64,000 bases of DNA from assembly GCA_947585595.1 (NCBI GenBank), contig CANPXB010000002.1:6841-70840 (forward strand). Reading direction: 5' to 3'. Of this stretch, positions 22,451-32,494 are shown piece after piece. Position 1 is the first letter of the stretch; every line of letters begins with the position of its first letter. The position numbers were made by a program, and so were the translations under genes. Origin of the DNA: an uncultured Bacilli bacterium. Lineage in GTDB: Bacteria; Bacillota_I; Bacilli_A; RF39; UBA660. The notes below the pieces were generated by a model. The model worked only from the letters and a program-made list of their open reading frames with translations. It was not told where the DNA came from and did no database searches.

Positions 22451-23458
22451 TTATTTTAAAACAACTTCATCAATATAAGAAGATAAATAATTCTCCTCTA
22501 ATTTTAATCTCTTATTTTCAATAATAAAATTAGAAACAACCGGAATATTGATATTATCACCTTTAACTTCAATATCATCTCTATAATAAGTCAATACATT
22601 ACCATTTATTTCATATATACCAGTTGAACGTTCAATAGCATAGTAATCACCTTCATCTCTAACGTATACCTGCATTATTCCCTCAAATACCTTACTATCA
22701 CTACTTATACCAGGCAAAAAAGCAATATGTATTTTTTCATCTTCATTTTCATAATGAAAAAATGCTAATAATTTACCTAGTTTTTTACCATACTCATTAA
22801 TCTTTAACATATTACAATAATTTCCATATCTAACATCATAAGTTATAGTGTTATATAAAATATGATTTTCTACTTGGTAATCTACTATTGTAATATTAGA
22901 TTCTTTATCATAGTAATAAGCCGTATTATTACAAGTAATATGTTCTAATTTGTTAACATAATTTTTCAATTCACTTTTTAATACATTACTACCCCTTAAA
23001 CACTTAAAAGAGTAACTATTTTCATTATGTTTCATTAAGAATGAGAATTTAGGGACTCCTAAATTAATAGAATTATCATTACTACCATACTCTACTTGTA
23101 TAATGTTGTATCCAAAAGGCAATAGCTTAAATAAAATAACTAATATTATCAAAATAATTGGTATAGCTAGTATAATATTTCTTCTATTTAATTGTTTTCT
23201 TATTTTAACTCTTTCTTCTTCTAATATCTTTTCAACCTTTATATTCTTTTTATTCTCAATTTGCAATAACTCATAAATATCGGTATCTAATACTTCAGCT
23301 AATTTTTCTAAAATAGAAATATCTGGCAAACCTATTCCACGTTCCCATTTACTAACCGCTTTATCTGTAACAAATAATTTAGCTCCTAGTTCTTGTTGCG
23401 TTAAACCTTTCTTCTTTCTAAGAGCAGCAATATTCTTACCAATTTCATTCATATTCAT
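22451..23458 (-). CDS. XRE-family HTH protein with TM helix and extracellular domain
   Basis: LTQQELGAKLFVTDKAVSKWERGIGLPDIS, TM at about aa 95-115. Confidence 0.85.
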   Translation of the reverse strand: MNMNEIGKNIAALRKKKGLTQQELGAKLFVTDKAVSKWERGIGLPDISILEKLAEVLDTDIYELLQIENKKNIKVEKILEEERVKIRKQLNRRNIILAIPIILIILVILFKLLPFGYNIIQVEYGSNDNSINLGVPKFSFLMKHNENSYSFKCLRGSNVLKSELKNYVNKLEHITCNNTAYYYDKESNITIVDYQVENHILYNTITYDVRYGNYCNMLKINEYGKKLGKLLAFFHYENEDEKIHIAFLPGISSDSKVFEGIMQVYVRDEGDYYAIERSTGIYEINGNVLTYYRDDIEVKGDNINIPVVSNFIIENKRLKLEENYLSSYIDEVVLK

Positions 23459-24249
23459 AATGCCTCACCACTTTAATTATATAATAATGACTCTTTAATT
23501 CATCTCAACTTATAGTTTAGTAATAAAACATATAATACAATACTATTCACATGTTGGACTTCCTTGTACTTGATCTAATCCTATTTTATCAGTTTCTTTT
23601 ATTGCAAGAATTTCTGTACTATCAAAAATTTCATTAACATTATCTTCTTTAATTTCTTTAATTCTTTTTAAAGTAAATTCGTAATTATTCCCTTCAACAA
23701 ATTCATCTTCAGATAAGTTTTTATTTACTCTTATAGTTACCGCCTCTTCACAGTTAAATTCTCTAATAGTTAATAATAAATAATCTTCATCATTACTCTG
23801 TAATATGTTTTCTACTCTATATGTTTTTATGAACACACATTCCTTTAAATTATCAACTACTTTTTCATTACTAGGTTTATAAATAATATTTTTAACTACT
23901 AAACCCATACTTACACACATCAAAACAAATAATAAAGCTATAACAATTTTAAGTAAAAATTTCTTTTTAATTCTATATCTTTCTTCTTCTAATATCTTTT
24001 CAACCTTTATATTCTTTTTATTCTCAATTTGTAATAATTCATAAATATCGGTATCTAATACTTCAGCTAATTTTTCTAAAATAGAAATATCTGGCAAACC
24101 TATTCCACGTTCCCATTTACTAACCGCTTTATCTGTAACAAATAATTTAGCTCCTAATTCTTGTTGCGTTAAACCTTTCTTTTTTCTAAGAGCAACAATA
24201 TTCTTACCTACTTTATTAATATCCATAATGCCTCACCACCCTAATTATA
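23210..24249 (-). repeat. Near-identical ~270-bp duplication (23210-23481 and 23978-24249) covering -10 box, RBS and HTH domain
   Basis: Both proteins share ALRKKKGLTQQELG...KILEEER and the upstream AATGCCTCACCAC, then diverge completely. Confidence 0.9.
23543..24226 (-). CDS. XRE-family HTH protein with TM helix and extracellular domain
   Basis: HTH nearly identical to 22451..23458, unrelated C-terminus. Confidence 0.85.
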   Translation of the reverse strand: MDINKVGKNIVALRKKKGLTQQELGAKLFVTDKAVSKWERGIGLPDISILEKLAEVLDTDIYELLQIENKKNIKVEKILEEERYRIKKKFLLKIVIALLFVLMCVSMGLVVKNIIYKPSNEKVVDNLKECVFIKTYRVENILQSNDEDYLLLTIREFNCEEAVTIRVNKNLSEDEFVEGNNYEFTLKRIKEIKEDNVNEIFDSTEILAIKETDKIGLDQVQGSPTCE

Positions 24250-24313
24250 CAACATCTCTAAATAAACCTATCTCGACTTTTAGTTTACCAAAAGAAAAAA
24301 AGCACCTCAGTGC

Positions 24314-25345
24314 TTATTCAGTTATTTTTTTATACTTTTCTAATTGTTCATTCCATAAAGTATAGTTCTTTTCATCTTTATGACTCTTAAAATCATAATT
24401 ATCATTTAAATATTTAACAAAGTAATCTGTTACTTTAGTTGCTCCATATAAATTTAAATGATCTCCTCCATCGGAACTATCTTTAAGCCAATCAAAACTC
24501 ATTTCATCTAATACTAAGTTAAAATCAATAAATTTTAAATTATTTTCTTTAGCATATTTACTTATAGCATTAGATTTTTTATAACTCCAAGAATCAGCTG
24601 AAGGTAATTCAAATAAAATTAATTCTGTCTTATTCTCTTCACATAATTCTTTCATTTTATCCAAATATACTTTAGTCTTCTCTGGTATTTCCGCAACTTC
24701 ATCAGTATAAGCCATATAATCAGTATCATCAACATAAGGAATATTATATTTAACTAAATCCATTCCTTTTAAATAATCAGTATAATCATAAAAAGCATAC
24801 TTAAAATCTTCCCTATTTAATTCATTATAACGACTGTGATAGGCGAATATTGGTAAGAAATGAGATAACTTACTACCTACATTTCTTTTATAATTATGAT
24901 CAAAAACCCCTTCAATCTTAGTTACACTAAAAGGCATATTATCATATACTTTATGATAATTACCAATTGAAGCATTTGATTGAAAGAATACTTCATCAAC
25001 ATTAAAGAAAACTATTTTAGGACTCTGTGTCTTAAACATTTCTTCTAACAATGGATAAGCTATCCACATTCTTTGACCAGCGGAAACAAAGTTATAACTA
25101 GTAATCCCTGTCTCATCATATAAATGCATAGGTGAAACTCCACGATATACATCACTATTTCCAGTAAATACAACATCTAAAGAATTCTTATCTTCTTTAT
25201 AAAATCCTTTAATTATATAACTCATTCGATTATCTTCATCTGTTAACCATTTAGGTATAAATACTTTAGATGCACCCCATAAAATAACAAACAACATAAT
25301 ACAAGTTAAAACTAAAGTAATAATTAAATTCTTAACACTATCCAT
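24314..25345 (-). CDS. SGNH-like/DltD-like extracellular acyltransferase
   Basis: N-terminal TM, GNS block I motif, DGGDHLNLYGA (DxxH-type), adjacent to MBOAT gene. Confidence 0.75.
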   Translation of the reverse strand: MDSVKNLIITLVLTCIMLFVILWGASKVFIPKWLTDEDNRMSYIIKGFYKEDKNSLDVVFTGNSDVYRGVSPMHLYDETGITSYNFVSAGQRMWIAYPLLEEMFKTQSPKIVFFNVDEVFFQSNASIGNYHKVYDNMPFSVTKIEGVFDHNYKRNVGSKLSHFLPIFAYHSRYNELNREDFKYAFYDYTDYLKGMDLVKYNIPYVDDTDYMAYTDEVAEIPEKTKVYLDKMKELCEENKTELILFELPSADSWSYKKSNAISKYAKENNLKFIDFNLVLDEMSFDWLKDSSDGGDHLNLYGATKVTDYFVKYLNDNYDFKSHKDEKNYTLWNEQLEKYKKITE

Positions 25346-25353
25346 AATATCAC

Positions 25354-26910
25354 CTAGAATGCTCCATATATGAAGTCAGCAGCATTATAACCTTCTCCAT
25401 ATATTCCAAACATAATTATTGTACATATTAATATGGTATAAACTATTGATCTTACAATTGGGTTATTAGTAAATCCTTTTTCTATATTAATTTTATTCTT
25501 TTCTTCTAAAATACCTACTAATAGAATAAATAAATTACTAATAATTAAAATAATAAAATCTATTCTAACAAGTCCATGATTTAATAAACCATTTCCTTTA
25601 TGAAATATATTAACTAGCATTGTCCCAAATTCACTAATTGTACTAGCTCTAAATAAAGTCATACCTATTATAACTAAGATACAAGTTCTAATTATTTGTA
25701 ATCCTTTTAATAAATTACCTTGTATCTTTAACTTTTTAACTATCCAATCAGTAACCGGTTTAATAAGTAATCCTATCATCATTACAAGATAATAATACAT
25801 ACCATATAATAAATATTTAAAACTAGCACCATGCCATATACCATTAACTATCCAAACAAATAATAAAGGAAAAGCTACCATAATAAATTTAGCTAAAAAT
25901 GGCTTTAATTTCTCACGACTAAACTTACTTACTTTAGTATTCATCTTTGATAAAGATACAGGATAGAAAACATATTCTTTAATCCAAGCTCCAAGTGATA
26001 TATGCCATCTTTGCCAAAACTCTTGAATACTCTTAGAAAAGAATGGTCTTTTAAAGTTAAGTGGTAATGGAATACTAAATAATAAAGATACTCCTCTTAT
26101 TATATCTATACATCCACTAAATTCTGCATATATCTGAATAGTATATAAAATCATTGCTCCTACTACTGTAATACCACCCATATTACTACCAAATATTTGA
26201 TTAACAAAAATACCAGCTCGATCAGCAATAACCATCTTTTTAAATAAACCATAAATAATTAAATCTAATCCAATAATAATATTATTTATTTTTAATTTAT
26301 TATCTTCAAAGAAATTCTTACTTAATTCATTAAATCTAGTAAAAGGTCCTTCAGTAATCTTCGGAAAATACCATAAATATAAAGCTACTTTAAATATGTT
26401 CTTTTCTCCTTCATACTTAGATCTATATATATCTACAATATAACTTATTGCTTCTAAAGTATAATAAGATACCCCTAATGGTAATAATATCTTACTTATT
26501 GTAAAACCTAAATCTATATTAACTAATCCTAATAAATTATTAATATTTTCAATTAAGAATCCTGAATACTTAGTAACAATAATTCCTAATATATTAAAAC
26601 ATACTCCTAGTATGACAATTCTCTTTTTATCTTTTTTATATTTTTCTTTTAATTCATTCTTTTTTTCTTCTTTAAGTTTACTACTTTTTAAATCACTAAT
26701 CTTCTTATTATATTTAGATAAACTTAAACCTATTAAGTATGTAATTATTGTACTTAAAATAATAAATACTATTAATTTCTTACTAGATAAGTAATAAAAG
26801 ATAATACTTCCTATTAATAAAACTATCCAACGATGTTTAGATGGGATTATATAATAAACTACTAATAATCCTAAAACAAATACCAGAAAAGAAAAAGACA
26901 GAATAGACAT
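25354..26910 (-). CDS. MBOAT O-acyltransferase (DltB/AlgI-like)
   Basis: LPLGVSYYT, EFWQRWHISLGAWIKEYVFYP, GIWHGA. Confidence 0.92.
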   Translation of the reverse strand: MSILSFSFLVFVLGLLVVYYIIPSKHRWIVLLIGSIIFYYLSSKKLIVFIILSTIITYLIGLSLSKYNKKISDLKSSKLKEEKKNELKEKYKKDKKRIVILGVCFNILGIIVTKYSGFLIENINNLLGLVNIDLGFTISKILLPLGVSYYTLEAISYIVDIYRSKYEGEKNIFKVALYLWYFPKITEGPFTRFNELSKNFFEDNKLKINNIIIGLDLIIYGLFKKMVIADRAGIFVNQIFGSNMGGITVVGAMILYTIQIYAEFSGCIDIIRGVSLLFSIPLPLNFKRPFFSKSIQEFWQRWHISLGAWIKEYVFYPVSLSKMNTKVSKFSREKLKPFLAKFIMVAFPLLFVWIVNGIWHGASFKYLLYGMYYYLVMMIGLLIKPVTDWIVKKLKIQGNLLKGLQIIRTCILVIIGMTLFRASTISEFGTMLVNIFHKGNGLLNHGLVRIDFIILIISNLFILLVGILEEKNKINIEKGFTNNPIVRSIVYTILICTIIMFGIYGEGYNAADFIYGAF

Positions 26911-27140
26911 TAGCTATTCTTAATTCTTTCTATTGTTTTATATAATGTTTCTACAGTTTCAAAATTTTCTGGTACTATTTCAGCAACTGAAAAATCAATG
27001 CCAAATTCTTCATTAATATTAGCAATAATATTAATCATATCAAAAGAATCTATTAATCCTTCTTCAATCATATTTTTACTATTTTTAAAATCAACTCCCG
27101 GTTTTAAACTTTCTAATAATTTTAATAATTTTTCCATCAT
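26910..27140 (-). CDS. Acyl/aminoacyl carrier protein (DltC-like)
   Basis: 76 aa, GLIDSFD phosphopantetheine site, PENFET. Confidence 0.9.
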   Translation of the reverse strand: MMEKLLKLLESLKPGVDFKNSKNMIEEGLIDSFDMINIIANINEEFGIDFSVAEIVPENFETVETLYKTIERIKNS

Positions 27141-28657
27141 TATCTCTCCATTTCTCTTAATTTAACTCTATCTATTTTACCATTGGCATTCATAGGCATT
27201 ACTTTTAATCTAATTACTTCATTAGGAACCATATATGGTACTAATCTTTCTTTAGCTTCTTTTATAACATCTTCTTCACTTAAATTATTAGATTGATAAT
27301 ATAAAACTATATGACTATTAGCTATATCATATATACAAGCACAAGATAAAATACCATCTATGGCAAAGATATTACTTTCTATCTCCCCTAATTCTATACG
27401 ATAACCCATATGTTTTATTTGAAAATCTTTTCTTCCTAAATAAATTATTTCCCCATTTTCATTATATTTAACTAAGTCTCCTGTTTTATATAATAACTCT
27501 GGATAATAAGGGTTTAATGGATTTTGAACAAAAGCTTCTTTTGTCTTTTCTGGTTGATTATAATAACCCAATCCTAAGAAAGAACCTCTTACATACAACT
27601 CTCCCGCTTCACCTTTCTTAGCTTCTTTATTATCATCAGTAATAATTAAAACATCACAATTATCAAATGGTATACCAATTGGTAATGATTCATTATCTTT
27701 AAATTCACGATTAACTATATAATAAGTACATGTATCAGTTATCTCTGTAGGTCCATATAAATTAGCATATAAAGCCTTAGGTAATTTACTTCGCCACATA
27801 TTAAGTTGTTTAGTTGGCATTACTTCACCAGCAAATAATATAGTATGTAGATATTCTGGTAATATTGTATCTAATGTTTTAAAATTAACTACAATTGATA
27901 AAGCAGATGGTACCCAATAAATAGTATTTATTTTAAACTTATTTAAATGTTCAATTAACTTAACTGGAAATGAAAAATACATCTTAGGAATTATATTAAA
28001 TGTTGCACCACTAACTATTGTTGCAAATATATCTAATATTGACATACTAAAATAAAATGGTGTCTGACTACCAAAAACAGTCTTATCATCTATCTTAAAA
28101 GTCTTACATATAACTGTCGCATAATCAATTACTGAACGATGACATATAACTGAACCTTTTGGTACTCCAGTTGATCCACTCGTAAATAAAATATATAAAG
28201 GATCAGTATCAATTAATATTTCATTAACATGATCTACATTATCTATATCTATCTTACATTTAACTAAGTCTTCAACCATTATCTTCTTTAAATTAAATTC
28301 ACTACATTTATTACTATTCTTCTCATCCGTAATAATAGCTTTAGGATTTAATGTCTCAATAATTGAATTAATTCTTTCTATTGGACTATTAACATCAATT
28401 ACTGTATAACAAGCTCCAGCTATAGCCGAAGAAAACATTGCTTCTAAACAATTAATAGTCTTATCTATAAAAATAATAACATTCTGTTTAGTTAAATCTT
28501 CTTTTATTAAATATGAAGCCCCTTTTAAACAATCATTATAAAAATCATTATATGATATTTCACGATTTACTTCTGAAAATATTATTTTATCTTTATATTT
28601 ATTAGTCGTGTCTTCTAATACTTCTTTAATTGTCTTATACACTTCAATCACCCACAC
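27140..28657 (-). CDS. Stand-alone adenylation-domain ligase (DltA-like)
   Basis: FTSGSTGVPKG, NLYGPTE, YKTGDL, RIELGEIE, NGKIDR. Confidence 0.9.
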   Translation of the reverse strand: MWVIEVYKTIKEVLEDTTNKYKDKIIFSEVNREISYNDFYNDCLKGASYLIKEDLTKQNVIIFIDKTINCLEAMFSSAIAGACYTVIDVNSPIERINSIIETLNPKAIITDEKNSNKCSEFNLKKIMVEDLVKCKIDIDNVDHVNEILIDTDPLYILFTSGSTGVPKGSVICHRSVIDYATVICKTFKIDDKTVFGSQTPFYFSMSILDIFATIVSGATFNIIPKMYFSFPVKLIEHLNKFKINTIYWVPSALSIVVNFKTLDTILPEYLHTILFAGEVMPTKQLNMWRSKLPKALYANLYGPTEITDTCTYYIVNREFKDNESLPIGIPFDNCDVLIITDDNKEAKKGEAGELYVRGSFLGLGYYNQPEKTKEAFVQNPLNPYYPELLYKTGDLVKYNENGEIIYLGRKDFQIKHMGYRIELGEIESNIFAIDGILSCACIYDIANSHIVLYYQSNNLSEEDVIKEAKERLVPYMVPNEVIRLKVMPMNANGKIDRVKLREMER

Positions 28658-28688
28658 ACGTCTTCAAAAAAATTATATCACTATATCT

Positions 28689-29195
28689 TTATCTTTGTGC
28701 AATATAGTTATCAATATTAGCCATTTCTTTATTTAAAAGAGTTTCTTCACCATGTCCTGGATATAATCTAGTTGTTCCTGGATATTTCTTTATCTTTCTT
28801 AAACTATTCATCATTTCTTCTTTATTACTACCAGGTAATCCTAATATTCCAATATCTCCCTTAAGAATAAAATCTCCTGTAAACATAACTTCTTCTTGAG
28901 GAAAATAAAAGCACTTTAAATCTCTAGCATGTCCTGGTGTATAAACTATTTCATAATTAAAATCAGGTATTACAGCATCTTCTTTTATTTGAAAATAACT
29001 TTCTATATCTTTTAATGCTCCAACATGATCAAAATGATGATGCGTAACTAACACTCCAACAATATTCTTATCATTACAAAATTTAATTATCTTATCAGCT
29101 TCCGCTCCGGGATCAATAATAATTGATTTATTATTGAATGTTAAAACATAACAATTTTCTTTTAAAAACCCTACAACTATTTTTTCAATTTGCAT
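28689..29195 (-). CDS. MBL-fold metallo-hydrolase (glyoxalase II-like)
   Basis: THHHFDHVG, TPGH, FTGD, PGHG. Confidence 0.92.
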   Translation of the reverse strand: MQIEKIVVGFLKENCYVLTFNNKSIIIDPGAEADKIIKFCNDKNIVGVLVTHHHFDHVGALKDIESYFQIKEDAVIPDFNYEIVYTPGHARDLKCFYFPQEEVMFTGDFILKGDIGILGLPGSNKEEMMNSLRKIKKYPGTTRLYPGHGEETLLNKEMANIDNYIAQR

Positions 29196-29283
29196 AAAAT
29201 CATCTCTTAAGTATTATAGCACTATTCTAAGGTAAATTTGGCAAATTCTTCTTTTTTTGTTATATTTTTTATAGGGTGATTAA

Positions 29284-30264
29284 ATGATGGGACAGAGAAA
29301 TAGAAAATTAGCAGCTCTTTTAACTGGCACTATTATCGCTGCCAATACTTTTACTATGTCCACCCCTCATTCTCACGAATATCTTAAAAATACTTATCGT
29401 TTATCATCACCAATTATATATACTTCAACTGAAACTCACAGTTTAATTAGTGATTTTATGACTGAAACCCAAGTTAAAGTTCCTTTAAATGATGCAATGG
29501 TTCCTCAAGGTTTAACTATTGCCAATGAACAATATTTAATAAGTACTTATGATTATAAAAAAGAACAATCATCAAGAATCTATGTCTGTGATGAAGAAGG
29601 TATTAAAAATGAATGTTCTTTAGGTTTTAAAGCTCATGTTGGTGGTATAGCTTATGATGAAAATAATGATTTAGTCTGGGTTGCTGCTAATGATGGTTAT
29701 GTTAATGCTTATCCCTGTAATTCTATTACTAAAGAAAAAGATACTTTAACCTGTGATACTACTTTTAATGTTGGATCAGGTTGTAAAAACTACTTAAATC
29801 CTTTAAAAAACTCTATATCATATCTAACAGTTGATAACAATCATTTATATGTTGGTAGTTTCGCCTTATCTAAATATGGTTTAGTAAAAAAATATCATAT
29901 TACTAATAACCATGGTACTATCAATTTATCATTAGTTAATACATTTAAAGTCCCAACTAAAGTCCAAGGATTAACTATCTATCATAAAGATGATAAAGAT
30001 TATTTACTTCTAAGTCGTTCATTTGGGGAAAACACTCCATCTATCTTACAAATATTTCCTTATGAAGAAGATATTGATGATTATACTAATTCTAAAATAA
30101 ATAGTGTTTGTTATAAAACCGATGCAATGATGGAACAAATTACAATTAATAATGATACTTTATATGCTATTTTTGAATCATCTGCTTATCCATATCGTTA
30201 TAGTTCATCAAGTGCTGATAACTTAGAATCTACTGATATGTCCTTAGTTCTACTACCTAAATAA
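29284..30264 (+). CDS. Secreted probable beta-propeller protein
   Basis: Signal-like N-terminus, repeats VPQGLT / HVGGIAYD / KVQGLT / MMEQIT. Confidence 0.65.
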   Translation: MMGQRNRKLAALLTGTIIAANTFTMSTPHSHEYLKNTYRLSSPIIYTSTETHSLISDFMTETQVKVPLNDAMVPQGLTIANEQYLISTYDYKKEQSSRIYVCDEEGIKNECSLGFKAHVGGIAYDENNDLVWVAANDGYVNAYPCNSITKEKDTLTCDTTFNVGSGCKNYLNPLKNSISYLTVDNNHLYVGSFALSKYGLVKKYHITNNHGTINLSLVNTFKVPTKVQGLTIYHKDDKDYLLLSRSFGENTPSILQIFPYEEDIDDYTNSKINSVCYKTDAMMEQITINNDTLYAIFESSAYPYRYSSSSADNLESTDMSLVLLPK

Positions 30265-30274
30265 AGGTAGTTTT

Positions 30275-31894
30275 TTAATTGCTAACTTTTACTTCATAAT
30301 AAACAATATATCTTTTAGTCCCCATAGTATCAAATCCTCTTTTAAATTCATAATTAATATATAATTCTTTCTCTATTAAATAATTTAAATAAATATCTAA
30401 ATAAATCTTTTCCTCTATCTTAGATACTCTAATTTCTTTAAGTAATAAACTAATTATCTTCTCTTCTATCTTTTTAGTCTTAACTTTATCTTCTATAATC
30501 TTTTTTATATCCTTATTAACTACTTTATTTCTTTTAAATATCTTCATTCTTTTCTTAATATCTTCTATCTCTTCATTAAAACTATTATTTCTTTTTCTAA
30601 ACTCTTCATCACTTATTAAATCTTTAATCTTTAAATCTAATAACTTATCTTTTTTTATTTCAATTCTTCTAATATCTTCTCCTAATTTATTCTCATCTTT
30701 CTTATTAATATTAACTTTCTCATAATAATTTAATAACATATTAACTACTTTATTTAAATCAATATTTAATTTATCAATAATATCTTTAAATATATATTTT
30801 AATTCTGATTCTCTTATATTAGCTGTATCACAATATTCTTTACCATACCTTAAATACTTAGAACATACCCAAGTAATATCTTTCTTATTAGTTCTAAATA
30901 TTCTTCGATAAAATAAAGCATTATGACATTTACAATATATCTTCCCACTATATAAATATTGTTCTTGTACTATTATCTTTTTCTTTCTTTTATTTAATCT
31001 ATTATTTGCCATCTCCCATAACTTACTATCTATAATAGGTGGAATATTCTCTTTATCTTCATACATAACCCATTCATTTTGTTTAAAATATTTAATTTTT
31101 TTCGTCATATAATCTTCGACTTCTGATTTCCTACCACAATAAAAACCCTTATACTTAGGATTTGCTATCATTCTTGTTATCGTTGCTACCGACCATTTTC
31201 TTACCTTCCTAGATAATATATTATCTTTATTTAATTCCTTAACTATTTTATTTACTGATAATTCATCTATCGCATACCAACTATATATCTTTCTTATTAT
31301 ATCTGCTTCATCCTTAATAATAATTAATTTCTTCGTATTCTTATCTTTCTTATAGCCATATAACATATCATTACCTAAAATCTCCCCTCTTAAAATAGCT
31401 CTTTTCATGCCAAACTTAACTCTTTCTGATAATCTTCTAATTTCATCTTGTGCCATCGAAGCCATAATTGTAAGTCTTAGTTCCGCATCAGGTAATGCTG
31501 TATTAATATTATCGTTAATAAACAAAACAGCCACACCATATTTAAGTAATTCCCTTGTATATTTAATACTATCTAAAGTATTACGTGAAAACCTTGATAT
31601 CTCTTTAGTCACTATTAAATCAAATTTATTCTTCTTAGCATCATCAATCATCTTCATAAAATTATCTCTTTTTACATCACTCGTCCCTGTAATTCCATCA
31701 TCAACATAACCTGGTATATAAGTCCAATTACTATTACTTTTAATCATTTCTTCAAAGTGTTCTATTTGATTTAATAATGATTTATGTTGCTCTAAATGAT
31801 TAGTTGAAACTCTTACATAATCAGTAACTCTTAATTTTATATTACTAAGATTAACTCCCATATTTAATTGTTCTCTTATTTTATATAGATCCAT
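30275..31894 (-). CDS. Large serine recombinase of element 1
   Basis: YVRVST catalytic Ser, DDGITGT, KEISRFSRN, recombinase domain, Zn ribbon (CKCH...C...C), coiled coil. Confidence 0.96.
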   Translation of the reverse strand: MDLYKIREQLNMGVNLSNIKLRVTDYVRVSTNHLEQHKSLLNQIEHFEEMIKSNSNWTYIPGYVDDGITGTSDVKRDNFMKMIDDAKKNKFDLIVTKEISRFSRNTLDSIKYTRELLKYGVAVLFINDNINTALPDAELRLTIMASMAQDEIRRLSERVKFGMKRAILRGEILGNDMLYGYKKDKNTKKLIIIKDEADIIRKIYSWYAIDELSVNKIVKELNKDNILSRKVRKWSVATITRMIANPKYKGFYCGRKSEVEDYMTKKIKYFKQNEWVMYEDKENIPPIIDSKLWEMANNRLNKRKKKIIVQEQYLYSGKIYCKCHNALFYRRIFRTNKKDITWVCSKYLRYGKEYCDTANIRESELKYIFKDIIDKLNIDLNKVVNMLLNYYEKVNINKKDENKLGEDIRRIEIKKDKLLDLKIKDLISDEEFRKRNNSFNEEIEDIKKRMKIFKRNKVVNKDIKKIIEDKVKTKKIEEKIISLLLKEIRVSKIEEKIYLDIYLNYLIEKELYINYEFKRGFDTMGTKRYIVYYEVKVSN

Positions 31895-32021
31895 TATCTA
31901 ATTCCTTTAGTATACTCACTTCAACTTGTTTATAAACTTGATAAGTAATTCTATTTTCTTCAAATAATTCTTTATTAATTAATAAAGCTATCTTTAAATA
32001 AATTAATCTTTTATTCATCAT
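31881..32021 (-). CDS. 46-aa protein overlapping the LSR1 start (SHOCT-like; candidate directionality factor)
   Basis: Manual translation MMNKRLIYLKIALLINKELFEENRITYQVYKQVEVSILKELDNGSI, AAGTGA RBS, below ORF-track cutoff. Confidence 0.6.
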   Translation of the reverse strand: MMNKRLIYLKIALLINKELFEENRITYQVYKQVEVSILKELDNGSI

Positions 32022-32057
32022 TAATCACTTACTTAACCCTATGTATAATATTTATTA

Positions 32058-32101
32058 TTTAGTACTTTCTTTTACTATCATTAAGAGAACCTAATGCAAC
32101 A
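32058..32101 (+). repeat. attR of element 1
   Basis: CATTAAG (32079-85) is the perfect inverse of CTTAATG (15280-86) about a central GA. Confidence 0.9.
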
Positions 32102-32494
32102 AAGTTAGAAAAAGAAGGCTTAGGTTATGTTGTTGGAAGTATTGGAAAACTATCTGGTGAAATGCCATATACTGCTTTCTATGCTCGTCAAAGTTTCATT
32201 AATAAAAACCAAGACCTAATTAATAAATTTAATAAAGCTATCAATAAAGGTTTAAATTACGTTAATAATCATTCAGCTAAAGAAATAGCTGAAATAATAC
32301 TACCTCAATTTCCAGATAACTCTCTTAATGATATTGAAGTTATAGTAAAAAGATATAAAGATGCCGATTCTTGGCTTAATAATACAACCATTTCTGAAGA
32401 ATCATATAAAAACTTAGAGAATATAATGATAGATAATAATTTATTAAATGATTATGTTCCATTTAAAGATTTAGTAATTAATTTAAATGACTAA
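32089..32494 (+). CDS. ytlA: ABC substrate-binding protein, 3' segment of split gene
   Basis: Frame upstream of the ORF-track Met reads EPNATKLEKEGLGYVVGSIGKLSGEMPYTAF. The joined gene is 990 nt / 329 aa. Confidence 0.88.

Larger units (their letters stand above)
15279..32088. mobile_element. Element 1: 16,810-bp LSR gene-intervening element in ytlA
   Basis: Bounded by direct-repeat cores, LSR at right end, excision restores an in-frame gene. No phage or conjugation genes recognised. Confidence 0.9.

Noticed and set aside
32162-32494. 110-aa ORF (and 64-aa ORF 41077..41271) as stand-alone genes
   Set aside because: Their frames extend upstream to the att cores. They are 3' segments of the split genes.
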